A stretch of 50,082 bases of DNA, from IMG/VR virus record IMGVR_UViG_2703718827_000002, positions 1 through 50,082 of that record. The stretch is one strand, 5' to 3'. The translations under genes were made by a program, and so were the position numbers. The notes beneath the pieces were generated by a model that was not told the DNA's origin, ran no database searches, and saw only the letters and a list, made by a program, of their open reading frames with translations. The number at the start of each line of letters is the position of its first letter. Positions within the stretch are counted from its first letter, which is position 1. Of the stretch, positions 1 to 9,083 are shown one piece after another. This stretch comes from a virus. Lineage: Duplodnaviria; Heunggongvirae; Uroviricota; Caudoviricetes.

Positions 1-99
1 GAATTGCAGCTGCATCGACGACAACCGGAAGATAAGCACCCGGCGCTGCACCACAAAGCATTTCTCCCGCATCAGCGGGTAACGACAGAGGGTAAGTCA

Positions 100-768
100 A
101 TGATTCGTCTTAACAACGAAATTAAAAATCAGCTATGCCATAACCTGCTTCTCGCATCCCCATTGTTTGAGAAAGCGAAAGCTGCGGTTAATGAGAGGGC
201 GAAAATTGTTGAAGAAATTCGACAGGCATTGCTCAAGCAGGAAAACACTAGCGATGAGCAAATAACTAAGGCTCGGGAAGATTTCAAAGATAACTCCTTC
301 ATCAAGATGCAGGTCGGCGCTAAAACTGCAACTTTAAAGGTCATTATTAATGGTGAGTATCACGAATTAGCCAGGAACGGTTTGGATCATCGCTATCGCC
401 ACCGTGGAAAACATATTGGTAAGCACGATCTTGAAAGCGACCTGTTCTTCGGAGCTTCCTTCGCGCCTGTAATTGATTCGGGTTTCGTTCCTGAAAGTTA
501 CAGCACGCTGAAGAAAGTTGGAAAATTACACGACCGACTCACTGAATCGACGGTAACCATCAACGTTCTTTACGATGAAGTTGATGCCTTCCAATTGCAG
601 GTTAAAGGTGCTCTAACCAAAGTCTCAACTGTTAAAAAACTGGCTGAGATGTGGCCTGAGGCAGTGCCATATTTGCCTGAGGTGGAACGCCGTGAAGCGA
701 CCAGCACCGCACTTGCCATTCCCGTTGAAACGCTAAACGCCCTTTGCGGCATACCAAAGAATGAATGA
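100..768 (+). CDS. Hypothetical early-region protein (222 aa)
   Basis: ORF 4..768 begins at TTG; ATG at 100 is preceded by GAGGG RBS; followed by a hairpin terminator; no family recognised. Confidence 0.55.
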   Translation: MIRLNNEIKNQLCHNLLLASPLFEKAKAAVNERAKIVEEIRQALLKQENTSDEQITKAREDFKDNSFIKMQVGAKTATLKVIINGEYHELARNGLDHRYRHRGKHIGKHDLESDLFFGASFAPVIDSGFVPESYSTLKKVGKLHDRLTESTVTINVLYDEVDAFQLQVKGALTKVSTVKKLAEMWPEAVPYLPEVERREATSTALAIPVETLNALCGIPKNE

Positions 769-790
769 CCCGCTCCGGCGGGTTTTTTAT
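769..790 (+). terminator. Rho-independent terminator (CCCGC-TCCG-GCGGG + T6)
   Basis: Perfect 5-bp GC stem, 4-nt loop, followed by TTTTTT immediately after the stop codon at 766-768. Confidence 0.7.
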
Positions 791-929
791 CGGCCATACA
801 TAGGCAGATTTTCGAGTCTGCCCATTTATGACAACCGGCGGCCATCCACCGCCCATTGAAACACTGAATAAATGCGTTGAAGTCTTGTATTAACCGTTCC
901 GTTCGCCGCGATAAGGCCAAGAGGAAATC

Positions 930-1058
930 ATGGTAAACCAGCAGCAGATCAGAGAGGCCCAACGGCTCGCGTCGTTCGCGGTGCTCCATCGCAATGCTCC
1001 GGCGTGGGAAGAAGCAAAACGCCTTTACGCCGTCGCCATCGGGAGGACTCTTCACTGA
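930..1058 (+). CDS. Small hypothetical protein (42 aa)
   Basis: ATG with GAGGAAA RBS; stop TGA overlaps the next ATG (TGATG); below the ORF-track size cutoff. Confidence 0.4.
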   Translation: MVNQQQIREAQRLASFAVLHRNAPAWEEAKRLYAVAIGRTLH

Positions 1059-1255
1059 TGGAAACTTTATTCGCACTCGTCCTGACCGTGGCAATGACCA
1101 ACGGTGATTATCAGGATGTCATTCTCGGCGTTTACGACAGCCAGCAGGAATGCAGCCTGGCAGCTACAGAGCAGAAAGTGTCAGCTGAGTGCTGGCCGGT
1201 AGAAAGCATCATCCGCAACGGCGAGTTCCCGGCGAAATCCATCGCGCAGCAGTAA
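1058..1255 (+). CDS. Small hypothetical protein with hydrophobic N-terminus (65 aa)
   Basis: ATG at 1058 inside track ORF 1004..1255 (GTG start); GGGAGG RBS; translationally coupled to the upstream small ORF. Confidence 0.45.
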   Translation: METLFALVLTVAMTNGDYQDVILGVYDSQQECSLAATEQKVSAECWPVESIIRNGEFPAKSIAQQ

Positions 1256-1325
1256 CCACCCTATTCAACCGATCGGCCTGGCATTACGCGGGCGGGATCT
1301 GCACATCCAAATTTCAGGAGAAACC

Positions 1326-2297
1326 ATGAGCGAAGTAACGGATTTAGTCGTCATTGAGAAACAGAACGCAATGGCGGTATTCACCACCAAAGAGCAGCTC
1401 GACCCTATTATTGAGGCGATCGAGAAAGAAGCTCGCAGCCTGGTACCGGATGTGTCGACCCGCAAAGGCCGCGACGCGATCGCATCCATGGCGCATAAGG
1501 TTGCCCGCTCCAAAACCTATATCGACAACGCCGGCAAGGATCTGGTTGCCGAGCTTAAAGCCCTGCCGAAGCAGATCGACGAAAGCCGCCGCATTGTGCG
1601 TGAGAGGCTGGACGCGCTGAAGGATGAAGTACGGCGCCCACTTACCGAATGGGAAGCCGAGCAGGAACGTATTAAGGCTGAAGAAGCCATGAACGCGATG
1701 CACGCCGAAGCACTGGTGATGAACGAGAGCATCGATTTGCAGCGGGCTATTCAGTTCGAAGCGGACCACGAAATGGCTCTGCTGATGAATAAGGATTTTG
1801 ACCGGGACCGCGAAGAGCAGCGCCGCCTGGCGGAACAGGCTCAACGTGAGCATGAAGAGCGCATTAAGAGTGAAGCGGCAGAGCAAGCCCGACGCGATGC
1901 CGAAGCGAAGCACAAAGCAGAAATTGAAGCCGCAGCGCGCCGTGAAGCTGAAGAGAAAGCGCGTGCAGAGCTGGCGGAACGCCAGCGCATTGAAGCGGAA
2001 CAGCGTGCGACACGCGAGAAGAAGGAAGCAGAAGCCCGGGCGGAAAGAGAAAAAGCTGCGGCAGTGGAAGCTGAGCGCCACAAGGCAAAACAGGCCGAAG
2101 ATGCTCGCCTGGCCGAAGAGAAGCGCCTCGCCGATGAACAGGCAAAGCGCGAAGCTGACGTGAAGCACCGCAAGACGGTCGGCACCAACATCGTTAACGC
2201 GCTCACCAGCCACACCAGCTTAACCCGCGAACAGGCTATCGAAGTGCTCACCGCACTTAAAGACGACCTAATCCCCTGCGCAAAAATTCATTACTGA
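1326..2297 (+). CDS. Coiled-coil phage protein with long Glu/Arg/Ala/Lys-rich region
   Basis: AGGAGA RBS; 323 aa; central charged low-complexity segment; sits upstream of the gam/bet/exo cluster. Confidence 0.6.
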   Translation: MSEVTDLVVIEKQNAMAVFTTKEQLDPIIEAIEKEARSLVPDVSTRKGRDAIASMAHKVARSKTYIDNAGKDLVAELKALPKQIDESRRIVRERLDALKDEVRRPLTEWEAEQERIKAEEAMNAMHAEALVMNESIDLQRAIQFEADHEMALLMNKDFDRDREEQRRLAEQAQREHEERIKSEAAEQARRDAEAKHKAEIEAAARREAEEKARAELAERQRIEAEQRATREKKEAEARAEREKAAAVEAERHKAKQAEDARLAEEKRLADEQAKREADVKHRKTVGTNIVNALTSHTSLTREQAIEVLTALKDDLIPCAKIHY

Positions 2298-2304
2298 GGC
2301 AACC

Positions 2305-2589
2305 ATGAACGCATACCTCACTTACGACCGCATCGAAGATCGGCGCTGGGTTGAGCAGCAGCTCACCGACGAGAAGGAGAAGTGGATCGACGACCGGGCT
2401 CAGAAAATCATCGACATGATGCCAAAAGAGCCGTCCGGCCTCTTCCACTTCACGGTCCCGATTGACTCCAGCCCATACGAAGGACTTCGCAGCGATAAAG
2501 CTGGCGAGGCTTACAACGATTTCATTTCGGCAGTTGCTTACGCCCAAGCGGAATACGACTGGGAACACCGTACCGGCTGCCCGTTTTAA
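2305..2589 (+). CDS. Gam-like protein (possible RecBCD inhibitor), short form
   Basis: N-terminus MNAYLTYDRIEDRRW resembles lambda GamS MNAYYIQDRLEAQSW; lies immediately upstream of bet/exo; C-terminus diverges. Confidence 0.45.
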   Translation: MNAYLTYDRIEDRRWVEQQLTDEKEKWIDDRAQKIIDMMPKEPSGLFHFTVPIDSSPYEGLRSDKAGEAYNDFISAVAYAQAEYDWEHRTGCPF

Positions 2590-2607
2590 TTTTTGAGGGG
2601 ATTAACG

Positions 2608-3453
2608 ATGGCAAACGAATTAACAATCACAGCGACGTCGCTTCAGGAGATAGGCGTCGACGTCTCCACCTGGAGCGCGCTGAAGAACAGCATCTACCCT
2701 GGCGCCAAAGACGAATCGGTAATGATGGCGCTTGATTACTGCCGCGCCCGCCAGTTGGATCCGTTGCTCAAACCTGTCCACCTCGTTCCGATGTACGTCA
2801 AAGACTCGAAAACAGGTAAAGGTGACTGGCGCGACGTGGTCATGCCTGGCATCGGGCTTTACCGCATTCAGGCAGACCGTTCCGGCGATTATGCCGGGGC
2901 TCGCGAGCCTGAGTTCGGGCCAGACACGACGCAGACACTTTCTGGTGTCGAGGTGACCTTCCCTCAGTGGTGCAAATACACCGTCTACAAGCGCATGCCC
3001 AGCGGCGAGATCGTCGAGTTCAGCGCCAAAGAATACTGGATTGAAAACTATGCCACCGCCGGCCGCGACACCACGGCGCCGAATGCAATGTGGAAAAAGC
3101 GCCCATACGGCCAGCTGGCGAAATGCGCAGAAGCCCAGGCGTTGCGTAAGGCATGGCCTGAGATTGGACAGCAGCCTACCGCCGAAGAAATGGAAGGCAA
3201 ATCACTGGACGTTGATATCCGTGACGTCACGCCGCGCAACACCACTGAAGCACTTCCACCAGCAGCAAGCGAAGAAACGCTGCAGGCGATAACCGATCTC
3301 TTAACGACACTGGATAAAGACTGGGAGAAAGACTTCCTCCCTGTGTGCAGAGACATCTTCAAACGGCCAATTCTTGAGGCGTCAGACCTCACTGAAGAAG
3401 AGGCACAGAAAGGGTTCAACTTCCTTCAGAAAAAAGCTAAGGCGGCAGCATGA
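2608..3453 (+). CDS. bet: RecT/Red-beta family single-strand annealing protein (Bet-like)
   Basis: C-terminal region closely matches lambda Bet (recalled); ATG at 2608 with GAGGGG RBS (track start 2593 is TTG); stop overlaps exo. Confidence 0.8.
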   Translation: MANELTITATSLQEIGVDVSTWSALKNSIYPGAKDESVMMALDYCRARQLDPLLKPVHLVPMYVKDSKTGKGDWRDVVMPGIGLYRIQADRSGDYAGAREPEFGPDTTQTLSGVEVTFPQWCKYTVYKRMPSGEIVEFSAKEYWIENYATAGRDTTAPNAMWKKRPYGQLAKCAEAQALRKAWPEIGQQPTAEEMEGKSLDVDIRDVTPRNTTEALPPAASEETLQAITDLLTTLDKDWEKDFLPVCRDIFKRPILEASDLTEEEAQKGFNFLQKKAKAAA

Positions 3454-4130
3454 CACCCGAAATTATCCTGTCCCGGACTGGCATTGACGTAACCACGATC
3501 CAACAGGGCGACGAGGCATGGCACCGGCTGCGTCTCGGCGTCATTACTGCCTCTGAAGTGCATAACGTCATTTCCAAGCCGCGCTCCGGCACCAAATGGA
3601 CGGGCATGAAGATGTCCTACTTCCACACCCTACTCGCCGAGGTATGCACCGGCGTAGCACCAGAGGTTAATGCCAAGGCGTTGGCCTGGGGCAAGCAGTA
3701 CGAGGAAGACGCCCGCACCCTCTTCGAGTTCACCACTGACGTGAAAGTCACGGAGTCTCCGATCCTGTTCCGTGACGAGAGCATGCGCACCGCGTGCTCC
3801 CCTGACGGCCTTTGCAGTAACAATTTCGGCCTTGAGCTGAAATGCCCGTTCACCTCCCGCGACTTTATGAAATTCCGCCTCGGCGGTTTCGAAGCCATTA
3901 AGTCCGAGTACATGGCCCAGGTGCAGTACAGCATGTGGGTGACCGGAAAAGACGCCTGGTTCTTTGCCAACTACGACCCGCGCATGAAGCGCGAAGGTAT
4001 TCACCACGTCGTCGTTGAGCGGGACCCGCAGTACATGACCGATTTCAACGAAATGGTGCCGGAGTTCATTGAGAAGATGGACGAGGCGCTGGCAGAGATC
4101 GGCTTCACGTTCGGGGAACAGTGGAAATGA
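3450..4130 (+). CDS. exo: Lambda-type 5'-3' exonuclease (Red-alpha / YqaJ family)
   Basis: Sequence is near-collinear with recalled lambda Exo (MTPDIILQRTGIDV..., [24 protein letters not shown]). Confidence 0.9.
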   Translation: MTPEIILSRTGIDVTTIQQGDEAWHRLRLGVITASEVHNVISKPRSGTKWTGMKMSYFHTLLAEVCTGVAPEVNAKALAWGKQYEEDARTLFEFTTDVKVTESPILFRDESMRTACSPDGLCSNNFGLELKCPFTSRDFMKFRLGGFEAIKSEYMAQVQYSMWVTGKDAWFFANYDPRMKREGIHHVVVERDPQYMTDFNEMVPEFIEKMDEALAEIGFTFGEQWK

Positions 4131-4555
4131 AACGCACACCCTTTTACCGCCGGCCAGGGCGAACCGGGAAATTCTCCGGCCTCCGTGAGCGTGTTATCTG
4201 GATGATTCAGACGCGCGGCCGCCCGGTAACCGGCAGCGAAATCGCCGAGAAGTTTGGCGTAACGCTCATCGAGTTTAACCGGGTCGCCAACGGCATTACC
4301 CGCGGCACCGGGCAGATAGCGCAGGTCGTTGAGTCGAAAAAGTGGATCAACGAGGACGGCATTTGCGACCGGACATTCGACCTCGTCACGAAGCCTAAGG
4401 TCGTAACACCACAGGGCAAATCACGGCTATTCACCCGGCGCGCCATTGAGCAATCGCAGGAAGGCCGACGGCAGGAGTGCATTGAACGTGCCGCCCGCCG
4501 TAGTCGCCTGATTGCTCAGGGCCTCTACATCGACGAAATGGAGTCAGTGCTATGA
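4127..4555 (+). CDS. Hypothetical phage protein (142 aa)
   Basis: ATG at 4127 overlaps exo stop (ATGA); track ORF 4121..4555 starts at GTG. Confidence 0.5.
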   Translation: MKRTPFYRRPGRTGKFSGLRERVIWMIQTRGRPVTGSEIAEKFGVTLIEFNRVANGITRGTGQIAQVVESKKWINEDGICDRTFDLVTKPKVVTPQGKSRLFTRRAIEQSQEGRRQECIERAARRSRLIAQGLYIDEMESVL

Positions 4556-4719
4556 AAGCGTGGTCTCTCGAAGAGCTGGCGCTGCTGTGGCGACACACAA
4601 ACGCTGAAGTCGCCGAGATTACTGTCCGCTGCATTGAAGAGGTAGGAGATAAGCGGCTGCAAACCAATATTGAGCGTAATGGCTGGGATGTAAACGATCC
4701 GGAGCGGGAGGCTGCATGA
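4552..4719 (+). CDS. Small hypothetical protein (55 aa)
   Basis: ATGA overlap with upstream stop; uninterrupted ORF; below track cutoff. Confidence 0.35.
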   Translation: MKAWSLEELALLWRHTNAEVAEITVRCIEEVGDKRLQTNIERNGWDVNDPEREAA

Positions 4720-4853
4720 CCGAAGGTATTGATCAGCTTATTTATAACGACGAGTTTCCCGGGATTGCGTACAACAAATTTACCGCCAGTTCTTTGGAAG
4801 GAAAAGTGGAAACCCGATCGGCAGGATGCACAGCAAGGGTTACTGGCGAATAG
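4716..4853 (+). CDS. Small ORF (45 aa), possibly the displaced 5' portion of the HNH gene
   Basis: ATG overlaps upstream stop; ends 28 nt inside the HNH ORF in another frame. Confidence 0.25.
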   Translation: MTEGIDQLIYNDEFPGIAYNKFTASSLEGKVETRSAGCTARVTGE

Positions 4854-5209
4854 CTTGCGGCAAGAAGTGCTATCTCGCCCATCGGCTGGCTTGGTTCTTC
4901 TGTTATGGGGTTTGGCCCAAAGAGATTGACCATATCGACAATAACAAGCTCAACAACTCCATCGGCAACCTACGTGAAGTCACCCACCAACTTAATCAAT
5001 TAAATATGCCACTGCGCAGTAATAACACGAGCGGTGTGAAAGGGGTTAATTGGGATAAGCATCGTAAGCGGTGGCGCGCCAGGGTGATTATTAACGGCAA
5101 GTATTTCACTGCCGGACACTTCAAGGAAATTGCAGATGCCGAGGTGGCAATCAGGGCACTCCGCGAGCAAGTCCATGGAGAATTTGCAAATCATGGGGGC
5201 AAGTCATGA
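4826..5209 (+). CDS. HNH homing endonuclease with AP2-like DNA-binding domain
   Basis: AHRLAW and IDHIDNNKLNNSIGNLR HNH motifs followed by SGVKGVNWDKHRKRWRARVIINGKYF AP2-like segment; upstream in-frame sequence also looks HNH-like. Confidence 0.7.
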   Translation: MHSKGYWRIACGKKCYLAHRLAWFFCYGVWPKEIDHIDNNKLNNSIGNLREVTHQLNQLNMPLRSNNTSGVKGVNWDKHRKRWRARVIINGKYFTAGHFKEIADAEVAIRALREQVHGEFANHGGKS

Positions 5210-5424
5210 CATCTGAAACAGACAACGCCGTACGCGCCGCCTGCCGCCGCTGCACCGAGGAAATCCAGCAGGCCATGCGCAAGAAGCCAAAGCCAAACTG
5301 GAACGAAACGGTGCCTCCAATCATCAACAAGCATCACAAGAAAATTGAATCTCTGGGAGTTAGCCTCCTGGAGTTTGTCGTCAAAACTGGCCGCCTTAAC
5401 GGGCGGTTTGGAGCCGAACAATGA
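5206..5424 (+). CDS. Hypothetical phage protein (72 aa)
   Basis: ATG overlaps HNH stop; GGGGG RBS. Confidence 0.45.
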   Translation: MTSETDNAVRAACRRCTEEIQQAMRKKPKPNWNETVPPIINKHHKKIESLGVSLLEFVVKTGRLNGRFGAEQ

Positions 5425-5515
5425 CAACAAAATTCCCCGGGTCGCTAAGTCGGCCCTTTTTATTGCTGGCGTTCACCTTCAACCGAATTAACCGACAGTT
5501 CCGGGAGCATTGACC

Positions 5516-5734
5516 ATGGACATCATCGACACAGCAGCAGAGATTGAAGAGCTTCAGCGTAACGCTGCCCTTTCCGCTCACCGCCTCAACCGTAACGCCG
5601 TATCAGCTGAGCGTTGTGAAGAATGCGACGAACCAATTTCCGAGCCGCGGCGCTCTGCCGTTCCCGGTTGCCAGACGTGCGCGGATTGCCAATCCGTCAT
5701 CGAGCTGAAGAATAAGCAGAGGGGAATCCAGTGA
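5516..5734 (+). CDS. TraR/DksA-family C4 zinc-finger protein
   Basis: CEECDEPI...CQTCADCQ four-cysteine motif near C-terminus; ATG at 5516 with GGGAG RBS (track start 5510 is TTG). Confidence 0.7.
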   Translation: MDIIDTAAEIEELQRNAALSAHRLNRNAVSAERCEECDEPISEPRRSAVPGCQTCADCQSVIELKNKQRGIQ

Positions 5735-6402
5735 AAGAGCGCGGAATGATTTTTAACGGCGAGATGGTGCGCGCCATCCTCGACGGCCGGAAGACGCAGA
5801 CGCGGCGCATCATGAAAATTCAGCCGTCTGATGGCTTCCACCCAACGCATAACGGTTACGATCTGGATTTAAACGCACACTGGTACACGCCTGGCGTGGT
5901 CGATAAAAACGGATACCTGCAGCCTGCAAAGAAAGATGTGTTTGGCGTTGCAGATGAGAATGAAGGCTACACCTGCCCGTTCGGTGCCGTCGGCGATCGC
6001 ATCTGGGTGCGCGAAACGTGGGCTGAAGCTGGTGCTGGCGCGCCGGACCTGAAACTTTATCGCGCGGATTATCCTGAGCACCTTCCAACTCATTACGAGA
6101 ATGTGCCGCCGGCTGATGAAATACGCTGGACGCCTTCGATTCACATGCCGCGCTGGGCCAGTCGTCTAACTCTGGAGATTACCGGCGTGCGTGTTGAGCG
6201 ACTTAGAGATCTGAGTGAGGACGATGCAAAGTCAGAAGGCATTACGCCGCCTTCCGGCGGGGTTCTTCCCGGATGGGAATATCGCATTAACTTCCGTGAC
6301 CTTTGGATGAGCATCTACGGTGCCGACAACTGGGAAGCTAACCCATGGGTTTGGGTTATCGAATTTAAGGTGGTGCCCAATGTTCAGGATAATCCAGCCT
6401 AA
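5731..6402 (+). CDS. ASCH-domain (PUA-like) protein
   Basis: N-terminal MIFNGEMVRAILDGRKTQTRR and C-terminal PWVWVIEFK resemble the ASCH signature (as in E. coli YqfB); GTG at 5731 overlaps upstream stop with AGAGGGG RBS; ATG at 5746 is an alternative start. Confidence 0.5.
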   Translation: MKERGMIFNGEMVRAILDGRKTQTRRIMKIQPSDGFHPTHNGYDLDLNAHWYTPGVVDKNGYLQPAKKDVFGVADENEGYTCPFGAVGDRIWVRETWAEAGAGAPDLKLYRADYPEHLPTHYENVPPADEIRWTPSIHMPRWASRLTLEITGVRVERLRDLSEDDAKSEGITPPSGGVLPGWEYRINFRDLWMSIYGADNWEANPWVWVIEFKVVPNVQDNPA

Positions 6403-6619
6403 TACCTGGTACGCCGATGATTTCGGCGCGCCATGCAAAATCCTCCGCGCTACCCACGAAGTAATCCACTACATCCGCAACGGCCGCACCTGCATTGCCA
6501 GCATGGGCCGCTTTAATCAGGATTTCGAGCCGCTGACCAAAGCAGAGGCCGAGCGGATCGCTGAAGAAATCGAAACAGCAGAACACCTGAAGAAGCTGCG
6601 TGCCCATCGCGCGGCGTAA
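6380..6619 (+). CDS. Hypothetical phage protein (79 aa)
   Basis: ATG at 6380 with AAGGTGG RBS inside track ORF 6320..6619. Confidence 0.45.
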   Translation: MFRIIQPNTWYADDFGAPCKILRATHEVIHYIRNGRTCIASMGRFNQDFEPLTKAEAERIAEEIETAEHLKKLRAHRAA

Positions 6620-6627
6620 GGAGAACT

Positions 6628-6858
6628 ATGAGCACCATTCAGGACATCCTAAACCAGCTATCAACCCTGGTCACCGAGGCGCACAAAGTGGCGTGCTCAC
6701 TCGATATTGGTGATGAGCGAACCGAGGCTTTCGAGCTATACGAAGCGCTTCGTCGACTTCAGCGGCAGGGCGCCGCCGGAGAGATTCTCTCAGCAACCAA
6801 CCCTCTTCTCGCCTCGCCATATTACGACGAGGACTGGGACGAAGATGGAGACGACTGA
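6628..6858 (+). CDS. Hypothetical acidic protein (76 aa)
   Basis: AAGGAG RBS; Asp/Glu-rich C-terminus. Confidence 0.45.
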   Translation: MSTIQDILNQLSTLVTEAHKVACSLDIGDERTEAFELYEALRRLQRQGAAGEILSATNPLLASPYYDEDWDEDGDD

Positions 6859-6923
6859 CGCAACTGATAGCCAGTTATGAGCTGGCTATTGGGTGCGAAT
6901 GCACTGCCACGTTATCCCCCTTT

Positions 6924-6950
6924 CAGCCCTCCATTGCGAGGGCTTCTTTT
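6924..6950 (+). terminator. Rho-independent terminator
   Basis: AGCCCTC-cattgc-GAGGGCT hairpin followed by TCTTTTT. Confidence 0.6.
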
Positions 6951-6965
6951 TGCCTGGAGACAGCT

Positions 6966-7181
6966 ATGAATGACAGTATCCTGCTTACCAGTGACGTACT
7001 GGCTCGCTATAAGATTTCCCGGAGCACTCTGTATTTCTGGAGCACCCCGGAGCGAATGCCTGCTGGCTTCACCTGCCCTTTCCCCAAACCAACAATCCCC
7101 GGCAACCCAAAACGCTGGAGAGAGTCGGAGATCGTTTCGTGGGAAATGCAGGTCAACGCCTCTAAAGCTGATACCCAATAA
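6966..7181 (+). CDS. AlpA-family excisionase / phage regulatory protein
   Basis: 71 aa; LARYKISRSTLYFW helix-turn-helix typical of AlpA/Xis-like proteins; convergent with and overlapping the 3' end of the integrase. Confidence 0.6.
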   Translation: MNDSILLTSDVLARYKISRSTLYFWSTPERMPAGFTCPFPKPTIPGNPKRWRESEIVSWEMQVNASKADTQ

Positions 7182-8343
7182 TGCTCTGCAGGTGATTCTG
7201 CCAAATACCCAACCACTCGCGCTGGTCATCCATATAGTCGTGCAGGTTGTATCTGGCCATCACCCCACCCATCTGATGACCAAGCAGCTTTTCAATAACA
7301 TGCGGTGGCGCGCCAAGTTCTGACAACCTGGTTGCAACGGTGCGCCTCAGGTCATGCAGAGACCACTGTTTCATGTCTGTCTTTCTGATCACCTGCATGG
7401 AATAGGTCGAGACTAGGGCCTGAGTAGGTGGAATGTCTTCTTTATCTCGGAACTGAGCCGGTGTTAAAACGTGCTTAGTGACCGAACCTCTTTTATGCTC
7501 CTGAAGCAGCCTGATCGCCACTTCAGGCAATGCCCTCCTGATCGTCTTCCCTGTTTTGTAATCCTCAGCCGGTACCGTCCAGGTCTTTTCATTAAAGTTG
7601 TACCAGTCCCAGCGCGATTTCCTTATTTCTGCAGCCCTGCACCCAGTCAGGAGCATGAACCGTATAACAAGTTGCTGTGATGGAGGGAGCGCGAAAAGTG
7701 TATCCCAAACCACTTTGATCTCTTCGTCGGAGAGTCGCCTCTCCTTCATCTTCGCTGCAATACCAACGTCTGATCTGCGCAAGGATTCAAGCGGGTTGTT
7801 TTTAATTACCCCTCGGTTATGGCAGAACCGGAACGCGCGCTTCATTAATGACAGCATCTCACCAGTAATAACCGAACGCCCCATCTCGTCGAACACATCA
7901 AGCCAGTTAGCCTTGAACGTCTGATCAACCATCGCCCTGCCAATGCGCGGGCTAATGTGCTTCTGAAAGCTCCTGGTATTGGCATCGATTTTGATCAGAC
8001 CCTCGGGAATGCAGTAATGCTTTACCCAGTACTCATACGCCTGGTCAACCGTTAGCGCCTCTATCCTTTCTGCTTTCTCAACCAGAACCTTCTGGCGTGG
8101 ATCGTAACCCTCACTCAGCCAGGCGCGAAACTGCTGCCTGCGGTCTCTTGCCTGCGCTAATGAATAGGCTGGGTATTCACCTATACTGAGTTGCACCGGC
8201 TTACCCTGCCAGCGATAACGGTAGAAGAAAGTTACGCCACCAGTTATGCTTAACCTGACATTAAGCCCGTTTGAATCTGAGAGAACTTCCACACTCTCTC
8301 TGCGCTTACCAAGCGCCTTACGAAGTTTTGTATCTGTGAGCAT
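7162..8343 (-). CDS. int: Tyrosine integrase (P4-type)
   Basis: C-terminal catalytic region with HDLRRT...LLGH...Y; N-terminal MLTDTKLRKA typical of P4-like integrases; ATG at 8343 with AGGGG RBS (track start 8352 is GTG). Confidence 0.85.
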   Translation of the reverse strand: MLTDTKLRKALGKRRESVEVLSDSNGLNVRLSITGGVTFFYRYRWQGKPVQLSIGEYPAYSLAQARDRRQQFRAWLSEGYDPRQKVLVEKAERIEALTVDQAYEYWVKHYCIPEGLIKIDANTRSFQKHISPRIGRAMVDQTFKANWLDVFDEMGRSVITGEMLSLMKRAFRFCHNRGVIKNNPLESLRRSDVGIAAKMKERRLSDEEIKVVWDTLFALPPSQQLVIRFMLLTGCRAAEIRKSRWDWYNFNEKTWTVPAEDYKTGKTIRRALPEVAIRLLQEHKRGSVTKHVLTPAQFRDKEDIPPTQALVSTYSMQVIRKTDMKQWSLHDLRRTVATRLSELGAPPHVIEKLLGHQMGGVMARYNLHDYMDDQREWLGIWQNHLQSIIGYQL

Positions 8344-8645
8344 CGTGTACACCCCTGAGCCATGTACTCAGCAGTGTACACAAAACACGTAAATTGCAAC
8401 CATACAAAATAAAACACGTTAAAGAGTTATAAACAATGAAGTGAGTAACGGCGCGGTTTTGGCGGGAATAATTTTAAACGCAATAAAACACGATAAAGCA
8501 GAACTCGTTGAAGTATTATGCCTCAGGAAGATAAATCCTAACCAGACTGCCAGTCCTTCGGGGCTGGCGCTGTATCTCCTCTGTTCTCCTCAGGAAAATC
8601 ATAGTAGCATCGCGCCTGTGATTTTCCTTTTAAGTCGGTTTTACC

Positions 8646-9044
8646 ATGTCTACAACACATAACGTCCCTCAGGGCGATCTTGTTTTACGTACTTTAGCCA
8701 TGCCCGCCGATACCAATGCCAATGGTGACATCTTTGGTGGTTGGTTAATGTCACAAATGGATATTGGCGGCGCTATTCTGGCAAAAGAAATTGCCCACGG
8801 TCGCGTAGTGACTGTGCGGGTTGAAGGAATGACTTTCTTACGGCCGGTTGCGGTCGGCGATGTGGTGTGCTGCTATGCACGCTGTGTCCAGAAAGGGACG
8901 ACATCGGTCAGCATTAATATTGAAGTGTGGGTGAAAAAAGTAGCGTCTGAACCAATTGGGCAACGCTATAAAGCGACAGAAGCATTATTTAAGTATGTCG
9001 CGGTTGATCCTGAAGGAAAACCTCGCGCCTTACCTGTTGAGTAA
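8646..9044 (+). CDS. yciA: Acyl-CoA thioesterase YciA
   Basis: 132-aa product matches recalled E. coli YciA along its length. Confidence 0.85.
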   Translation: MSTTHNVPQGDLVLRTLAMPADTNANGDIFGGWLMSQMDIGGAILAKEIAHGRVVTVRVEGMTFLRPVAVGDVVCCYARCVQKGTTSVSINIEVWVKKVASEPIGQRYKATEALFKYVAVDPEGKPRALPVE

Positions 9045-9047
9045 TAG

Positions 9048-9080
9048 TCAAAAGCCTCCGGTCGGAGGCTTTTGACTTTC
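9048..9080. terminator. Bidirectional terminator between convergent yciA and tonB
   Basis: Long inverted repeat TCAAAAGCCTCCG / CGGAGGCTTTTGA with A/T runs on both sides. Confidence 0.7.
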
Positions 9081-9083
9081 TGC

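Larger units (their letters stand above)
1..8352. mobile_element. Lambdoid prophage arm A: early-left recombination module through integrase (partial, continues beyond window start)
   Basis: Co-directional + strand operon with Gam-like, Bet, Exo, HNH, TraR, ASCH and AlpA-like genes, ending in a divergent tyrosine integrase adjacent to core gene yciA. Confidence 0.7.

Noticed and set aside
4-99. Upstream extension of the first ORF (track start at 4)
   Set aside because: The track start is TTG; a GAGGG RBS precedes ATG at 100 and the extension has no RBS, so the shorter gene is preferred.
1344-2251. Several long antisense and alternative-frame ORFs (1344..2213, 1798..2163, 1841..2251, 1864..2145)
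   Set aside because: They lie inside the GC-rich, repetitive coiled-coil gene and are typical frame artefacts; no RBS, low-complexity translations.
8441-8662. 73-aa ORF upstream of yciA as a possible yciB remnant
   Set aside because: Translation does not resemble the recalled YciB membrane protein; the region is AT-rich and more likely the integrase promoter and att region.
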